Source: an uncultured Acidobacteriota bacterium (GTDB taxonomy: Bacteria > Acidobacteriota > UBA6911). From it: 64,000 nucleotides of DNA. The notes under the pieces were generated by a model. That model did no database searches. It saw only the letters and a program-made list of their open reading frames with translations, and was not told where the DNA came from. Positions 20,353 to 30,904 of this stretch are shown here, one piece after another. The position numbers and the translations under genes were made by a program. The stretch covers positions 224,001 through 288,000 of the forward strand of contig CAWHCF010000036.1 in assembly GCA_963827655.1 (NCBI GenBank), written 5' to 3'. Position 1 is the first letter of the stretch, and each line of letters begins with the position of its first letter.

Positions 20353-20439
20353 CTTGGTGTTTCTTGGAGTCTTCGTTCTTCGTGGTTAGCGTTGCGAAAC
20401 AATTACCACGAGGCCACAAAGACTCGAAGAAACACCAAG
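20353..20439. repeat. Imperfect inverted repeat (CTTCGTG/CACGAAG-type)
   Basis: cttggtgtttcttggagtcttcgttcttcgtggt ... accacgaggccacaaagactcgaagaaacaccaag. Confidence 0.7.
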
Positions 20440-20449
20440 GGAGCAGCCA

Positions 20450-22582
20450 ATGAAAGAGATCTTCAAACTCATCGGTGCGCACAGGCGCGCACTCCTTGCC
20501 CTGAGCATCGGTTCAGTTCTCGTTGCGCTTGTCGTCCATAGACTGGACGCTCAACGGCGAGGCCCCGCCGTCGCCTCGGGAGTTCCAGCCCCACAGCTCT
20601 ATTACGTCAGCCGAGTCCCGCTTTCGGAGTGGGAACTGGACGGGAGCGTTGCCGAAGGCGATCTGGCAAAGGTGATCCTGAGACACAAGGAAACGAAGCT
20701 CCCGCCGGCGCAGCTCCTCAAGGCGGTCCATGGCCAGCGCGATTATCGTGTCGAGGACTTTGACCAGCTGTCCGGGCCTCACTTGATCAAGGTCGCGGTG
20801 CAGGAAAACGGAGACGTCCAATTAGCGGCGGCGCCCGAGAAGATCGTGATGATGCCGATCCACCGATACGTCGTGCCGCTCTTGATCAAGAGCGAACGCA
20901 GCACGCCCGGGATGCTGCAGGTGCAGGTGGCGACCCGGAGCTACGAATTACCGCTGCCGCCCCAGTCCGTACGCGGGTACTGCGTCAACCTGCGCGCGGA
21001 CCAGGTTGGGACCTCGCTCACGAAGATAGCAGTGAAGTTTGGCGAGCAGCAGAAAGAAGCTCCGTTGACCCTCGACGTCCGGCCCGCGGCGACGCTAAAG
21101 GTCCGTCTCACGGACCCAGGAAACGAGCCTGCGGCCGCGAGGGTTTATCTTTTCGGAAGCGATGGCCTGGCTCACTCCCCCAACGGCGGGCTGGCCCGGA
21201 TGACACTCGGCGGGGAGTACTTTTTCTACGCCGCTCGTGAATTCGAAGTGGTTCTTCCTGAAGGGGCCGCCGCGATCGAGGCGGTGCGAGGGATCGAGTA
21301 CAGCCCGGTCCGGCGGGAAGTGGCCGTGAGATCGGACGGCACCCCGGAGATTGAAATCAGGCTGGAGCCGCGACTGCCCATTCATCGCAAGGACTGGTAT
21401 TCGGCCGATGCGCACATTCACGCGAACTACGTCAACAACGAGTCGGTCGAGCTGGAGGACATCCGTCTTCAGATTCTCGGCGAGGGTCTCGACCACGCCA
21501 ACCTGATGGTGGCCAACTCTTACTCGGCTGTTGTCCACGACCTGCGCTTCTTCGAAGGAAAACCTAACCGCGCCAGCCAGGGCCGCACGGTGCTCTATTG
21601 GAACGAGGAGATGCGAAATCGCTCCCTCTACGGGCACATGGCCTTCTTCAACTTGAAGCAGCTCGTTCATCCGCTTTTCACCGGGTTTCCCGGCACTCCG
21701 AACTTCGAGGACTATCCACCGAATCACCACCAGGCTCAGAAGGCGCAAGCGCAGAAAGGCGCTGTGACCTACGTGCATCCTGCGACGCGGCCAGGCTTCC
21801 AGGGAACGGGCGCAGTCGGCGCCAAGGAGTTTCCCGTCGACCTTGCATTAGGCCAGGTCGACGCCCTGGATGTGCTGAGCAATTTCAACGAAATGGCCTC
21901 GATGGAGCTCTGGTACCGAGCGCTGAATTGCGGCTTCCGCTGCGCGATCTCTGCCGGAACCGACGCATTCACAAACCATCTCATGGGGACATTGCCCGGC
22001 GCGGGCCGTGTCTATGTTCACGTCCCGGGCGCGTTCTCATACGATCGCTGGGTCGAGCAATACAAGAAGGGGGTGAGCTTCGCCACCAACGGTCCGTCAC
22101 TGACGTTCACGGTTGACGGGAAGCTCCCTGGCGATGAGATTCGCGTCCCGGCGGGCAGCTCCAGGGTCTCGCTGCGCGTCAAGGCGGTTGTGGACACGCT
22201 GGTTCCAGCCGACCGGCTCGAGATTGTGGTCAACGGCCAGGTGGTAGCGACCCAGGCCGCGCCGTCGAGCGGGACGAGGTGGGAGATCGAGCGCGAAGTC
22301 CCGGTCGAACGCAGTTCCTGGATCGCGGCGCGAGTCCTCGGACCGGCGCACCGTCTCGTTATCAACGATGCCCAGGCGTTCGCGCACAGCAGTCCCGTCT
22401 ACTGCTACTTCGGCAATCAGCCGATTTGGAGCCGGCAGGACGCTGAATTCTTCGTCGACTGGATCGACCAGCTCATCGCAAGCGTCGAGCAGCGAGGTGT
22501 TTTCCGGTCGCCCGATCGACGTGACAACGTGGTGCAGCTCTTCCGGAAAGCGCAGGCGATCTACCGCAACGGACCCCCGTAG
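20450..22582 (+). CDS. CehA/McbA-like PHP-fold metallohydrolase
   Basis: ADAHIH, NEEMR..YGH, YVHP, SAGTD, ATNGP, AHSSPVY. Confidence 0.85.
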   Translation: MKEIFKLIGAHRRALLALSIGSVLVALVVHRLDAQRRGPAVASGVPAPQLYYVSRVPLSEWELDGSVAEGDLAKVILRHKETKLPPAQLLKAVHGQRDYRVEDFDQLSGPHLIKVAVQENGDVQLAAAPEKIVMMPIHRYVVPLLIKSERSTPGMLQVQVATRSYELPLPPQSVRGYCVNLRADQVGTSLTKIAVKFGEQQKEAPLTLDVRPAATLKVRLTDPGNEPAAARVYLFGSDGLAHSPNGGLARMTLGGEYFFYAAREFEVVLPEGAAAIEAVRGIEYSPVRREVAVRSDGTPEIEIRLEPRLPIHRKDWYSADAHIHANYVNNESVELEDIRLQILGEGLDHANLMVANSYSAVVHDLRFFEGKPNRASQGRTVLYWNEEMRNRSLYGHMAFFNLKQLVHPLFTGFPGTPNFEDYPPNHHQAQKAQAQKGAVTYVHPATRPGFQGTGAVGAKEFPVDLALGQVDALDVLSNFNEMASMELWYRALNCGFRCAISAGTDAFTNHLMGTLPGAGRVYVHVPGAFSYDRWVEQYKKGVSFATNGPSLTFTVDGKLPGDEIRVPAGSSRVSLRVKAVVDTLVPADRLEIVVNGQVVATQAAPSSGTRWEIEREVPVERSSWIAARVLGPAHRLVINDAQAFAHSSPVYCYFGNQPIWSRQDAEFFVDWIDQLIASVEQRGVFRSPDRRDNVVQLFRKAQAIYRNGPP

Positions 22583-22605
22583 CTGGAGCGCTGATCAGGT
22601 GTGAA

Positions 22606-22783
22606 GTCATTGGTCATTTAGTCATTTTTCAAATTCGTCATTTATGAAGGGAGATGGAGATTGTGGCAAGGGCCATTGCGTAGCTACTACGGTAAGCGCA
22701 TACGCGGATGCCCGCAGCACCAACTGGTGACAAATCGCACAGATGCTCATGACAAATGACTAAATGAGAAATGACCAATGAAA
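22606..22783. repeat. AATGACN heptamer element with inverted arms between convergent genes
   Basis: GTCATTGGTCATTTAGTCATTT ... ATGACAAATGACTAAATGAGAAATGACCAATGAAA. Confidence 0.75.
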
Positions 22784-22789
22784 GCTCCA

Positions 22790-24877
22790 TCAGCTGCCGT
22801 TACCCTTCACGTACAGATCGAACCATTCCAGGTTGCGTTGCATGCAATCGAGCAAGAGTTTGGGCTCTTCGATGCCGTGCGGCGTGCGCGGGTAGATGAC
22901 CATTTTGACCGTGCAGCCTTGCCGTTTCAGGGCGTTGTACAATTCCTGACCCTGCGACAGCGGCACGCGCTCGTCGCGCTCACCGTGCTGGATGAGCGTC
23001 GGCGTGCTCACGCCCTTGACGTTGAACATGGCGGAGTGGGCGCGGTAGGTGTCGAGCTTGTCCCAGGGCTCGCCGCCAAAATAGTCGGGCAGGAAGCCTG
23101 GGATGTCGGCAGTGCCGGTGAAGCTCATGAGGTTGGTAACCCCTGCCCCCACCGACGCAGCCCGGAAGCGCCTGGTCTGGGTGATGACCCAGGAAGTCAT
23201 GTAGCCGCCGTAGCTCCAGCCCATGACGCCTAACCGCTCCGGATCGGCGACCCCCGCGGCGACGACGTGATCGACTCCGGTCATCAAGTCCTTGTAGTCC
23301 ATGCCCCCCCAGTCGCCGTAGTTGGCGTGGCGAAACTTCTGCCCGTAGCCGCTGCTGCCGCGAATGTTGCAGCGGAGGACGGCGTAACCGCGCGAGGCGA
23401 ACGCTGCGATGGGGTAGAGGCCCGAGGCGCCGATGTAGTTCTGCGAGAACACGCCCATCGGCCCGCCGTGGATCACGAGCAGCAGCGGATAGCGTTTCCC
23501 CTTCTCGTAGCCGACGGGGTAGGTGAGCAAGCCTTCGACTTCGAGGGCATCCGCCGATTTCCAGCGGACTACCTCCGTCCGTCCCAGCGGCGGCACGGCA
23601 ACGTCCTGGTTTTCCCGGCTGACCTGGGCTGGTTCGAAGCGTTCCACCGCGCTGACGTAGGCCTCGGCTGGTCGAGTCAGGCCTTCCCAAGCGAATCCGA
23701 GCTTGGTTCGGCTGTGATTCAAATGGACGCCGCCGACCATCATGCCGTCGGCCTGGCTTATCTGCTGCGGCTTGGCGTCCAACGGGAGCGCTCCGACCTG
23801 CAATGTCGTGCCACGTGCCTCGGCGTAGTAGAGCTTGCTGCCATCTGCGGACCAGCCGATCAGATCGGAATAGCGCCCGAAGCGGTCAAAGGTTTCCGTC
23901 AATGATCTTGGCACGCCGCCGTTGGCTGGAATTACGTGAATGACGCCGCTGCCGCCCCAGGTCGGCGGATTGTCGCTGGCGACATAGGCGATCTGCCGGC
24001 CGTCCGGCGAAAAGCAAGGTAAAGTTTCGGCTGCTCGGGTCTGCACCAACGGTTTGACGGTTCCCGTTGCGACATCGACCAGCATGAGATCGGCGCTCAT
24101 CCAGTCGTCGGGGCGCGGCGTGGAAGTCCGGGAGAATACCAGGGCCTTCCCGTCCGGCGACCAATCGAACGCCCGGCCAGTCCGCCCGCCTTCATTGCCG
24201 ACACTGTAATTGCCCTTGGTGAGAAGCCTTGCTTCCGCTGGGGGACCGTTCGTTGGCCGGGAGGAAATCACATAGAGCCGGCTCATCTTGATGTTTTCGT
24301 CCACCACCCGGGCGTCGTTTTTCTCCTTGGTCGCCTTCTCCTCTTCGGACGTGAGGGGATCAAGAGCGGTGAAGGCAATCGACTGGCCATCCGGCGACCA
24401 CTTGAAGCTGCCCACACTGTCCTTCACGGCGGTTAGCACCCGCGCCTCGCCGGCCTGCACTCGGATTATCCAGATATTCCTCTTGCCCAGGCGCTTGGAG
24501 AGGAAAGCGATCGATTCGCCGTCCGGCGACCACTGGGGCGAATCGCACGCGTGTTCCCCCTGGGTCAGTTGGAGTGGCATGCTGCCATCCGCATTCGCGA
24601 GATGAAGGTGTGTCAGGTACTCGCTCTTTTCGCCCTCCATCAGCGCCTTGCGGGCCGTGTAAACAACTCGCTTGCCGTCCGGCGAAACATCCACGCCGCC
24701 GATCTGGCGGACTTGCATCATCAGCTCAGGCGTCCATGCGCGCCCCGGGGGTGCGCCTTGCCGGGCCGGCGCCTTCGGGGTCTGCAACATGAGGATAAGG
24801 AAGGCAAGCACGAGGGCGCTCGACGCGCGACGACAAGTCAGGATTGACTCGATCATGACAGCCTCCAATTCAGGCAA
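22790..24877 (-). CDS. S9 prolyl oligopeptidase/acylaminoacyl peptidase
   Basis: WSPDG propeller repeats, IHGGP, GWSYGG, HGERDERVP, PH catalytic His. Confidence 0.95.
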   Translation of the reverse strand: MPELEAVMIESILTCRRASSALVLAFLILMLQTPKAPARQGAPPGRAWTPELMMQVRQIGGVDVSPDGKRVVYTARKALMEGEKSEYLTHLHLANADGSMPLQLTQGEHACDSPQWSPDGESIAFLSKRLGKRNIWIIRVQAGEARVLTAVKDSVGSFKWSPDGQSIAFTALDPLTSEEEKATKEKNDARVVDENIKMSRLYVISSRPTNGPPAEARLLTKGNYSVGNEGGRTGRAFDWSPDGKALVFSRTSTPRPDDWMSADLMLVDVATGTVKPLVQTRAAETLPCFSPDGRQIAYVASDNPPTWGGSGVIHVIPANGGVPRSLTETFDRFGRYSDLIGWSADGSKLYYAEARGTTLQVGALPLDAKPQQISQADGMMVGGVHLNHSRTKLGFAWEGLTRPAEAYVSAVERFEPAQVSRENQDVAVPPLGRTEVVRWKSADALEVEGLLTYPVGYEKGKRYPLLLVIHGGPMGVFSQNYIGASGLYPIAAFASRGYAVLRCNIRGSSGYGQKFRHANYGDWGGMDYKDLMTGVDHVVAAGVADPERLGVMGWSYGGYMTSWVITQTRRFRAASVGAGVTNLMSFTGTADIPGFLPDYFGGEPWDKLDTYRAHSAMFNVKGVSTPTLIQHGERDERVPLSQGQELYNALKRQGCTVKMVIYPRTPHGIEEPKLLLDCMQRNLEWFDLYVKGNGS

Positions 24878-24979
24878 AGCGAGGGCAGCTCTGGCGAAAC
24901 CCGATACCGCTAGTTGGGGCCCGGGCGACGAAGGACACGTCTATTCGGACCAGGCCCAGGCCGGCGCGTGCACTCGCGC

Positions 24980-25213
24980 TCAGACCTTCGGCAACTCTTT
25001 GCTCCCGACAATCGTCAGATTCAAGCCGATCTGGACCGAGACCGGCGTCCCGCCCACGTCCAGGGTCACCTTGCTATTGAGGTACCAGCCAAGCGAGCCG
25101 GTCGAAAACTCTTTGACCTCCGCCATAAACGGGACGTTGGCAATCGTTACCGGCACCGGCTTTGCCTTGCCCTGAAAGTCAGCGCGGGTAATGGGGCAGC
25201 TCGTCTTGGCCAT
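24980..25213 (-). CDS. Small conserved hypothetical protein (FSTGSLGW motif)
   Basis: GAGGA RBS and protein-like composition; function unknown. Confidence 0.7.
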   Translation of the reverse strand: MAKTSCPITRADFQGKAKPVPVTIANVPFMAEVKEFSTGSLGWYLNSKVTLDVGGTPVSVQIGLNLTIVGSKELPKV

Positions 25214-25335
25214 CAGCAGGTCCTCTTGAATGGTCGAAGCGTAGGGTTGGTAAGGGAGTCGGCATCATACCACGCACCCCGCGGGGGGCGCCAGCAAGTG
25301 AGCCATTCAGTCCAATCCGCGGATTTGCTCGGACG

Positions 25336-26895
25336 TCATGTGGCGGGCTCCGTCCGAGGCAAAGTTGATTCCCTCGGTGATGGAGAAAGTAGCGCCGCAG
25401 ACTCTATAGGAATGGCATCCCGGCGGGAGCGGCAGAAGCGGTAGAAGAGGTGGCGGACTCGCGACGCCTCGACAAGCGGCCGCCAAACCGGTCCGGTCAA
25501 CCTGTGGCGGATGAGGAAGGGCCAGAGCCAGTTCGATTTCTTATAAAGCAAGGACATGGCGATATAGGGAAGAACTGCGGCAGCGTGCTCGGGCCGCCGC
25601 CGCCAGATTGACTTCAGCGAGAACAGCGTGTGGTACGACCAGGCATAACCTTCCTCCAGTGCCTCCGGGGACATGTGTCTGGGGAGGAAAACCGCGTGCC
25701 CCGTATCATAAAGCTCCCAGTCACGATGCAGGATTCTTCTCTGAGATTCCAGCTCGCGGAAGAGGGGCGTCCCTGGATAAGGCGTGAGAATGTGAAAGGT
25801 CGCATTTTCCAGATGCGCGCCTTCGATCCAGCGAACCGTCTGCTCGAAGACATCGGGGCGATCGTGATCGAATCCGAAGACAAAGCTGCCGTTCACCTGA
25901 ATGCCGAACTGGTGGAGTAGGTCCACGCGTCGGGCATAGTCCTCGGGCCGGGGAGTTTTTTTGTGCGCATCCTCCAGGTTTTCTGCAGTGATGGACTCGA
26001 AGCCGACAAAGACGCCCACGCAGCCCGAAAGGGCCATCTCCCGAACCAGGCCGGGATCATCCGTGACATCGATGGTTACCGCGGCGCTCCAAATCTTCCC
26101 CAGACGGGCCATTTCCCGGCAAAGCTGGCGGAGATAGCGCGGCCGGGAGCCGAGGTTGTTGTCGACGAACACGGCGTAGGGCTGCGCGTCAGATCGAAAT
26201 TCGTCCACGACCTGCTGCGCGTCTCGCATGAGATAAGGCATGTGCAGACCTTCCGTTGAGAGATAACAGAAGTCGCAGCGATTGTGGCAGCCACGCGTGG
26301 CGATAAGACTGGTGGTCGTCAAGAAGGACCGGCGTGGAAGGAGCGACCGACGAGGTGGAGGATCGTCGCGGTAGGGTCGGCGATAGCTCCCGAGATAACG
26401 CGGTCGAAGCCGCCCGAATTCGACATCCCTCAAGATTGCCGGCCACAGTTGTACTCCTTCTCCAAGGGCCAGGGCATCGGCATGCGGCGCCGCCTCCTCC
26501 GGACAGCTCAGGACGTGAAGACCTCCGAGCACGACCCTGGCCCCGCGTGTCCGATACCAGTGCGCCAGTTCGTAGGCACGTCGCGCGAACGTCAGGTGAA
26601 CGGTAATACCCACGACCTGCGGGAAGGGCTCGAACGGGGGATGCCCCTGCAGCAGGTTTTCGTCCCAGTAGCGAATCGACCAGTCGGGCGGAGTCGCGCC
26701 CGCGATGGAGGTGAGGGCGAGCGTCGGCGTCAGGACATGTTTGCCAAAGCTCGCCACCGGATCTTTGGGATAGAAGGGATTGATCAGAAGCGCACTTTTG
26801 GGCTGCGGGATGCCCACGCGGCGGTCGCAGCAAAGCTCAGGCGCGACCCTCATGCTGCGGGGCCAGAAGTATCCCTCTCTGCCATCAGGTCTCAT
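25336..26895 (-). CDS. B12-binding radical SAM protein
   Basis: VLGGLH; TRGCHNRCDFC (CxxxCxxC); TPYPGT. Confidence 0.92.
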   Translation of the reverse strand: MRPDGREGYFWPRSMRVAPELCCDRRVGIPQPKSALLINPFYPKDPVASFGKHVLTPTLALTSIAGATPPDWSIRYWDENLLQGHPPFEPFPQVVGITVHLTFARRAYELAHWYRTRGARVVLGGLHVLSCPEEAAPHADALALGEGVQLWPAILRDVEFGRLRPRYLGSYRRPYRDDPPPRRSLLPRRSFLTTTSLIATRGCHNRCDFCYLSTEGLHMPYLMRDAQQVVDEFRSDAQPYAVFVDNNLGSRPRYLRQLCREMARLGKIWSAAVTIDVTDDPGLVREMALSGCVGVFVGFESITAENLEDAHKKTPRPEDYARRVDLLHQFGIQVNGSFVFGFDHDRPDVFEQTVRWIEGAHLENATFHILTPYPGTPLFRELESQRRILHRDWELYDTGHAVFLPRHMSPEALEEGYAWSYHTLFSLKSIWRRRPEHAAAVLPYIAMSLLYKKSNWLWPFLIRHRLTGPVWRPLVEASRVRHLFYRFCRSRRDAIPIESAALLSPSPRESTLPRTEPAT

Positions 26896-27450
26896 AGCGA
26901 GGTCCTTTCACTTTATATTGAGAAGTACTTTACATATGCTAAAGCTTTCTGTCGAGAGGAATCCTCTGTCAAGACACCGCGCCGAATAAAAAGATGTCGG
27001 AGCGGGCCGTGCAGGGTGTCGGCGAGGTTGAGCGCGTAGATGGGAGCGCCGCCTCGAGCGGCCACGCACGAGTCTCTTTGAGGATGGCGGAGAGCGTGAC
27101 CTGATCGACACGCGCACATAGAGGTAAAGTGGGCGCTGGGTCCGGGCGCCCGCGCATCCGCTCCCGCTGGCAAGAATGGGACTTCATCACCTCTCCACGA
27201 ATGACGTGCTAAACACGCCGCGTCCCTGGATTAGAGAGTCATCGTTGCATTAACTTGTGGCTCGCTCTGACCCAACGATCTATGGGTCCGATTCACAAAA
27301 CTTTAAATTCTTTTTCGTCATTTGTTCATAAGCCCGCCGCAGACTTGCCTTCCAGAGAATTCGACTTGATTTCAAGATACGTCACGGTTGTCGATCGCCT
27401 TGTCAGGCATCCGGTCCTCGTGAGCCGTAAGACTTCCTCAGGCGTGCAGT

Positions 27451-27985
27451 ATGAACTCGATCAGATGGCTGAGTTGTGCAGCATTGTTTCTGAGCAGCGC
27501 ACGTCTCGGCGCAGCACCGGCACACGTTGTCCTGTCCCAGGAAAAGGAAGCAGGCTCAATCGCAAGGAACCGCGACTTACAGGACGTTGAGCTTCCTGAG
27601 ATTCAGTTCAAGGACTTTTTCGACCCGATCGGCGATCGCGGGCTGACCCTTACCGGGCGCCTGGTGAGTCTTCACGGTAAGCGAGTCCGTATCCGTGGAT
27701 ATGCAGTCCGTGAAGACAAGGCTCATGCTCGACGATTCCTTCTGACGTCGCTTCCGGTTCAGCTTCACAGTGAGTACGGCATGGCGGACGACCTTCCCCC
27801 AGCAACGGTTTTTGTCACACATACCCCGTAATCTGGAAGCGCCTCAGCTGAAAGGTGGCTTGCTCGTTCTTAGCGGCACCCTGGATATCGGAAACCGAGA
27901 GGAACCCGATGGCCGGATTTCATTGGTTCGGTTAACCCTGGATTCAATACTCCAACCTCTACCTCGACCCCCGACGCGGCATTGA
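27451..27985 (+). CDS. Secreted hypothetical protein (possible DUF3299-like OB fold), frameshifted at ~27816
   Basis: ORFs 27451-27831 and 27770-27985 join across GTCACACATA. Confidence 0.6.
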
Positions 27986-28020
27986 CCTCGAGTCCGCATG
28001 GTTCGGAAGAAAGGACATCG

Positions 28021-29946
28021 ATGATCCCGAAGCTCTTATGCCTGGTTATTATGGCGAGTTTTCCATTTCCTTTGCTGGCGGCCCCGGTTATCACGCGGCT
28101 CACCCCTCCCACTAACCGCGACTCAGTGGGAACCCCTGTTCCTCCGGTGGTCGCGCGGTTTCTGCCGGACCAGCGGTTTGACCTTAGAGTCGAAGCTACC
28201 CCGGATGCGGGCCGGAGTTTGACCGAGGTTCAGTTCTTCGTGGATGGAGAGCGGGTTGAGTCCGCGAGGGGTACATTGGGGACCCGGCGCGCGTACTCCA
28301 ACAGCACTCCGGGCATCCATACCCTTAGAGCGATTGTGACTCAGAGTGATGGTCAAACCGCATCCCAGGAGGGCATTTTCGAAATCATAGACATCGTGCC
28401 AGGAGGGCTGCGAGCCCGCAACGTGATCGTTCTAATCGGCGATGGAATGGGGACCGCACACCGAACCGCGGCCCGCGTCATGCTCCACGGGGTCTCGCAG
28501 GGGAAGACGCGGGGGTTCCTGTCCATGGACACATTCCCGGCTACCGGAATGGTCATCACCCACTCGCTCAATAGCATCATCACGGATTCGTCGCCGGGCT
28601 CTCACTGCTACTCGACCGGGAACAAAGGAAACAACAACCAGCACGGTGTGTTTCCGGACAACACCGCAGCCAATTTTGACAATCCTCGAATCGAGCATCT
28701 CGGCGAATATCTGAAGCGGACACGAGGGATGTCACTAGGCCTGGTCACTACGTCGGATGTTTTCGATGCCACACCGGCGGCATGGGCCACACACACGCAA
28801 AGCCGCAGCGCCGGCACCGGCATCGTGGATCAGTATCTTGATGAAAGGGACTTCAACGGGTTGTCTGTTCTGCTGGGCGGAGGAAGAAAGTGGTTTCTGC
28901 CCAACACGACACCCGGATCGGCGAGGTCGGCAAGCACGGATTACATGCTGCCGGCGGAACTGGCTGACGGCTACGGAATTCCAACGGGGAGGATTGATCC
29001 GGGGCGCGATCTCATCACCGATTTTACCGCCGCCGGTTTCCATTACGCTCCCACAAAGTCCGCTCTCAATGCTGTTCCTGACAGCGCCACCAAGCTGCTC
29101 GGGCTCTTCTCCTTGTCGAATATGAATGTGGCTCTGGACAAAATAGAAAAGCGCCGCAATCCGCGTGCTCCCGGCGTCTTGGACGACTACGGCTTTCCAG
29201 ATCAGCCGATGCTGGATGAAATGACTGAAATCGCCCTCAAAGTCCTGGACAAGAATCGTTACGGCTTCGTCCTGATGGTGGAGGGAGCATCGATTGACAA
29301 GCAGGCCCACAACATGGATAGCGAGCGATGGATCCTCGACACCATTGAATTCGACCGGGCGGTGGCCGTCTGCAAGAAATTTGCCGAACAGCGAGGCGAC
29401 ACGATCGTCGTGGTAACCGCTGATCATGAGTGCGGGGGGGTGAACCTGATCGGAGCGTCTCAGCTGTCAAATGCCGAACTCAGAAATCGAGCATCGGCGG
29501 GAGGCGCTGCGGCTCAGCTTCGGGATTCCGTGGTCGGCACTTATGAGAATGCGGGGTTCCCGCAATACACGATTGCGCCGGACGGATATCCGGTCACTAC
29601 TGACGTCGACCGGCGACTTCTCATAGGATACGCGGCCAATGCCGACCGATACGAAGACTGGCTGACCAATGCCCTGCCGCTGCGCGACGGCCAGCAGCCC
29701 TTCAATGGTGAGGCCCCTCTGAACACTTATCCCTCGGGTCCGATGAACCGCGACGAAGCGGGACGATTCCTGATCATGGGCCAGGTAGGAGACACCACCG
29801 CCGTGCATACAGCGTCCGACATCCCGATCTCCGCCTTTGGACGTGGCGCGCTTTTATTCACGGGCGTTCAGGACAATACCGATGTCTTCTTCAAGCTGGG
29901 CCAGCTCATCATTGGTGGGACTAACGTTCCGGACTCAATCCGCTAG
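28021..29946 (+). CDS. phoA: Alkaline phosphatase (PhoA family) with N-terminal Ig-like domain
   Basis: IGDGMG, TDSS, DATPAA, EGASIDKQAH, TADHE, HT. Confidence 0.92.
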   Translation: MIPKLLCLVIMASFPFPLLAAPVITRLTPPTNRDSVGTPVPPVVARFLPDQRFDLRVEATPDAGRSLTEVQFFVDGERVESARGTLGTRRAYSNSTPGIHTLRAIVTQSDGQTASQEGIFEIIDIVPGGLRARNVIVLIGDGMGTAHRTAARVMLHGVSQGKTRGFLSMDTFPATGMVITHSLNSIITDSSPGSHCYSTGNKGNNNQHGVFPDNTAANFDNPRIEHLGEYLKRTRGMSLGLVTTSDVFDATPAAWATHTQSRSAGTGIVDQYLDERDFNGLSVLLGGGRKWFLPNTTPGSARSASTDYMLPAELADGYGIPTGRIDPGRDLITDFTAAGFHYAPTKSALNAVPDSATKLLGLFSLSNMNVALDKIEKRRNPRAPGVLDDYGFPDQPMLDEMTEIALKVLDKNRYGFVLMVEGASIDKQAHNMDSERWILDTIEFDRAVAVCKKFAEQRGDTIVVVTADHECGGVNLIGASQLSNAELRNRASAGGAAAQLRDSVVGTYENAGFPQYTIAPDGYPVTTDVDRRLLIGYAANADRYEDWLTNALPLRDGQQPFNGEAPLNTYPSGPMNRDEAGRFLIMGQVGDTTAVHTASDIPISAFGRGALLFTGVQDNTDVFFKLGQLIIGGTNVPDSIR

Positions 29947-30006
29947 CAGGCCGAGTTGGCCCCACAGGCCTGGACGCTGCTGTACGAGTCGGCTCTGTTT
30001 CTGCCA

Positions 30007-30120
30007 GAGCCGAAGGCCCGTTAGTGAGTAGCCCCGCCCGTGAGGGCGGCGTCTTCAAGGGTCCCTGACGCGAGGTCCGAAAGGACCGGCACTCCGGCTG
30101 TGTCGCACCTTCGGCGCTCT
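30007..30120. repeat. REP-like palindromic element (CCGAAGG family)
   Basis: gccgaaggcc..., ccgcccgtgagggcgg, ggtccgaaaggacc, gcaccttcggcgc. Degenerate relatives lie at ~8417-8505 and ~13605-13705. Confidence 0.55.
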
Positions 30121-30237
30121 TCTTAATCGAACGTTCATTCCGGGTCTCGGTGATTCTGTCATCCATTGTTGGTCAGGATTAGTATCAAGCTTTAGATCAC
30201 TGTATGTTACAGCCGAATTTGGCATCACCAATTCTGG

Positions 30238-30438
30238 TTGGCTATAGATCAGGAACAAGTGGGCTCCCGTGCTGAGGTCGACAGCCTCCATTCTGATCTG
30301 AAGAAAATAGGAGCCACGATAGTGAGCCCACCGCGGGAGTATCCAGAGTATACGCCTCCAGGCTACTACGCTCTCTTCTTCAAGGATCTGGAGGGTATTA
30401 AGTACGAGATCGTGTGCCATGCTCACAGCGGAGCGTAG
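30238..30438 (+). pseudogene. VOC/glyoxalase C-terminal fragment
   Basis: PPREYPEYTPPGYYALFFKDLEGIKYEIV with no N-terminal half. Confidence 0.7.
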
Positions 30439-30439
30439 C

Positions 30440-30485
30440 GCCTAACACGGCAGTGGAGCGGACGGCCAAAGCGCCAGCGTTGGGC
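30440..30485 (+). other. Internally deleted integron attC-like site
   Basis: GCCTAAC (RYYYAAC) right after the stop, GCAGTGGAGCGGAC, then GTTGGGC (GTTRRRY) before the next RBS; only 46 bp. Confidence 0.55.
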
Positions 30486-30506
30486 GTAAAGCACGGAGGA
30501 GTCCAC

Positions 30507-30904
30507 ATGACACAAGCAGAGATTTCCGGCATCTCACCCTTTTTTATCGTGAGCCACGTACCGTCATCGCTTTCGTTTTACCGAGACCGGCTTGGATTTG
30601 AGATCACCTTCCGGGGCCTGCTCCTGACGACATCTTCTTCGGCATCGTTCGCAGGGGCGGTGCGCAGATCCTGCTCAAAGACGTTGGCGTAGCTCCACTG
30701 CCGAACTACAAGCGAGACGTCAAAAAAGGTATCGCCCGCTGGGACGCATTCGTTGACGTCCCGGATCCTGACGCACTGGCGGCCGAATTTGCTTCGCGCA
30801 ATGTCGAGTTTTCCGAGCCACTGAAAGACACTGATGACGGTTTGCGTGGTTTCGAGCTCAAGGACGTCGACGGCTATGTCTTATTTTTCGGTCGTCCTCG
30901 GTGA
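30507..30904 (+). CDS. VOC/bleomycin-resistance family protein, frameshift at ~30612
   Basis: MTQAEISGISPFFIV..FYRDRLGF, then in the shifted frame DPDALAAEF..LRGFELKDVDGYVLFFGRPR*. Confidence 0.75.
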
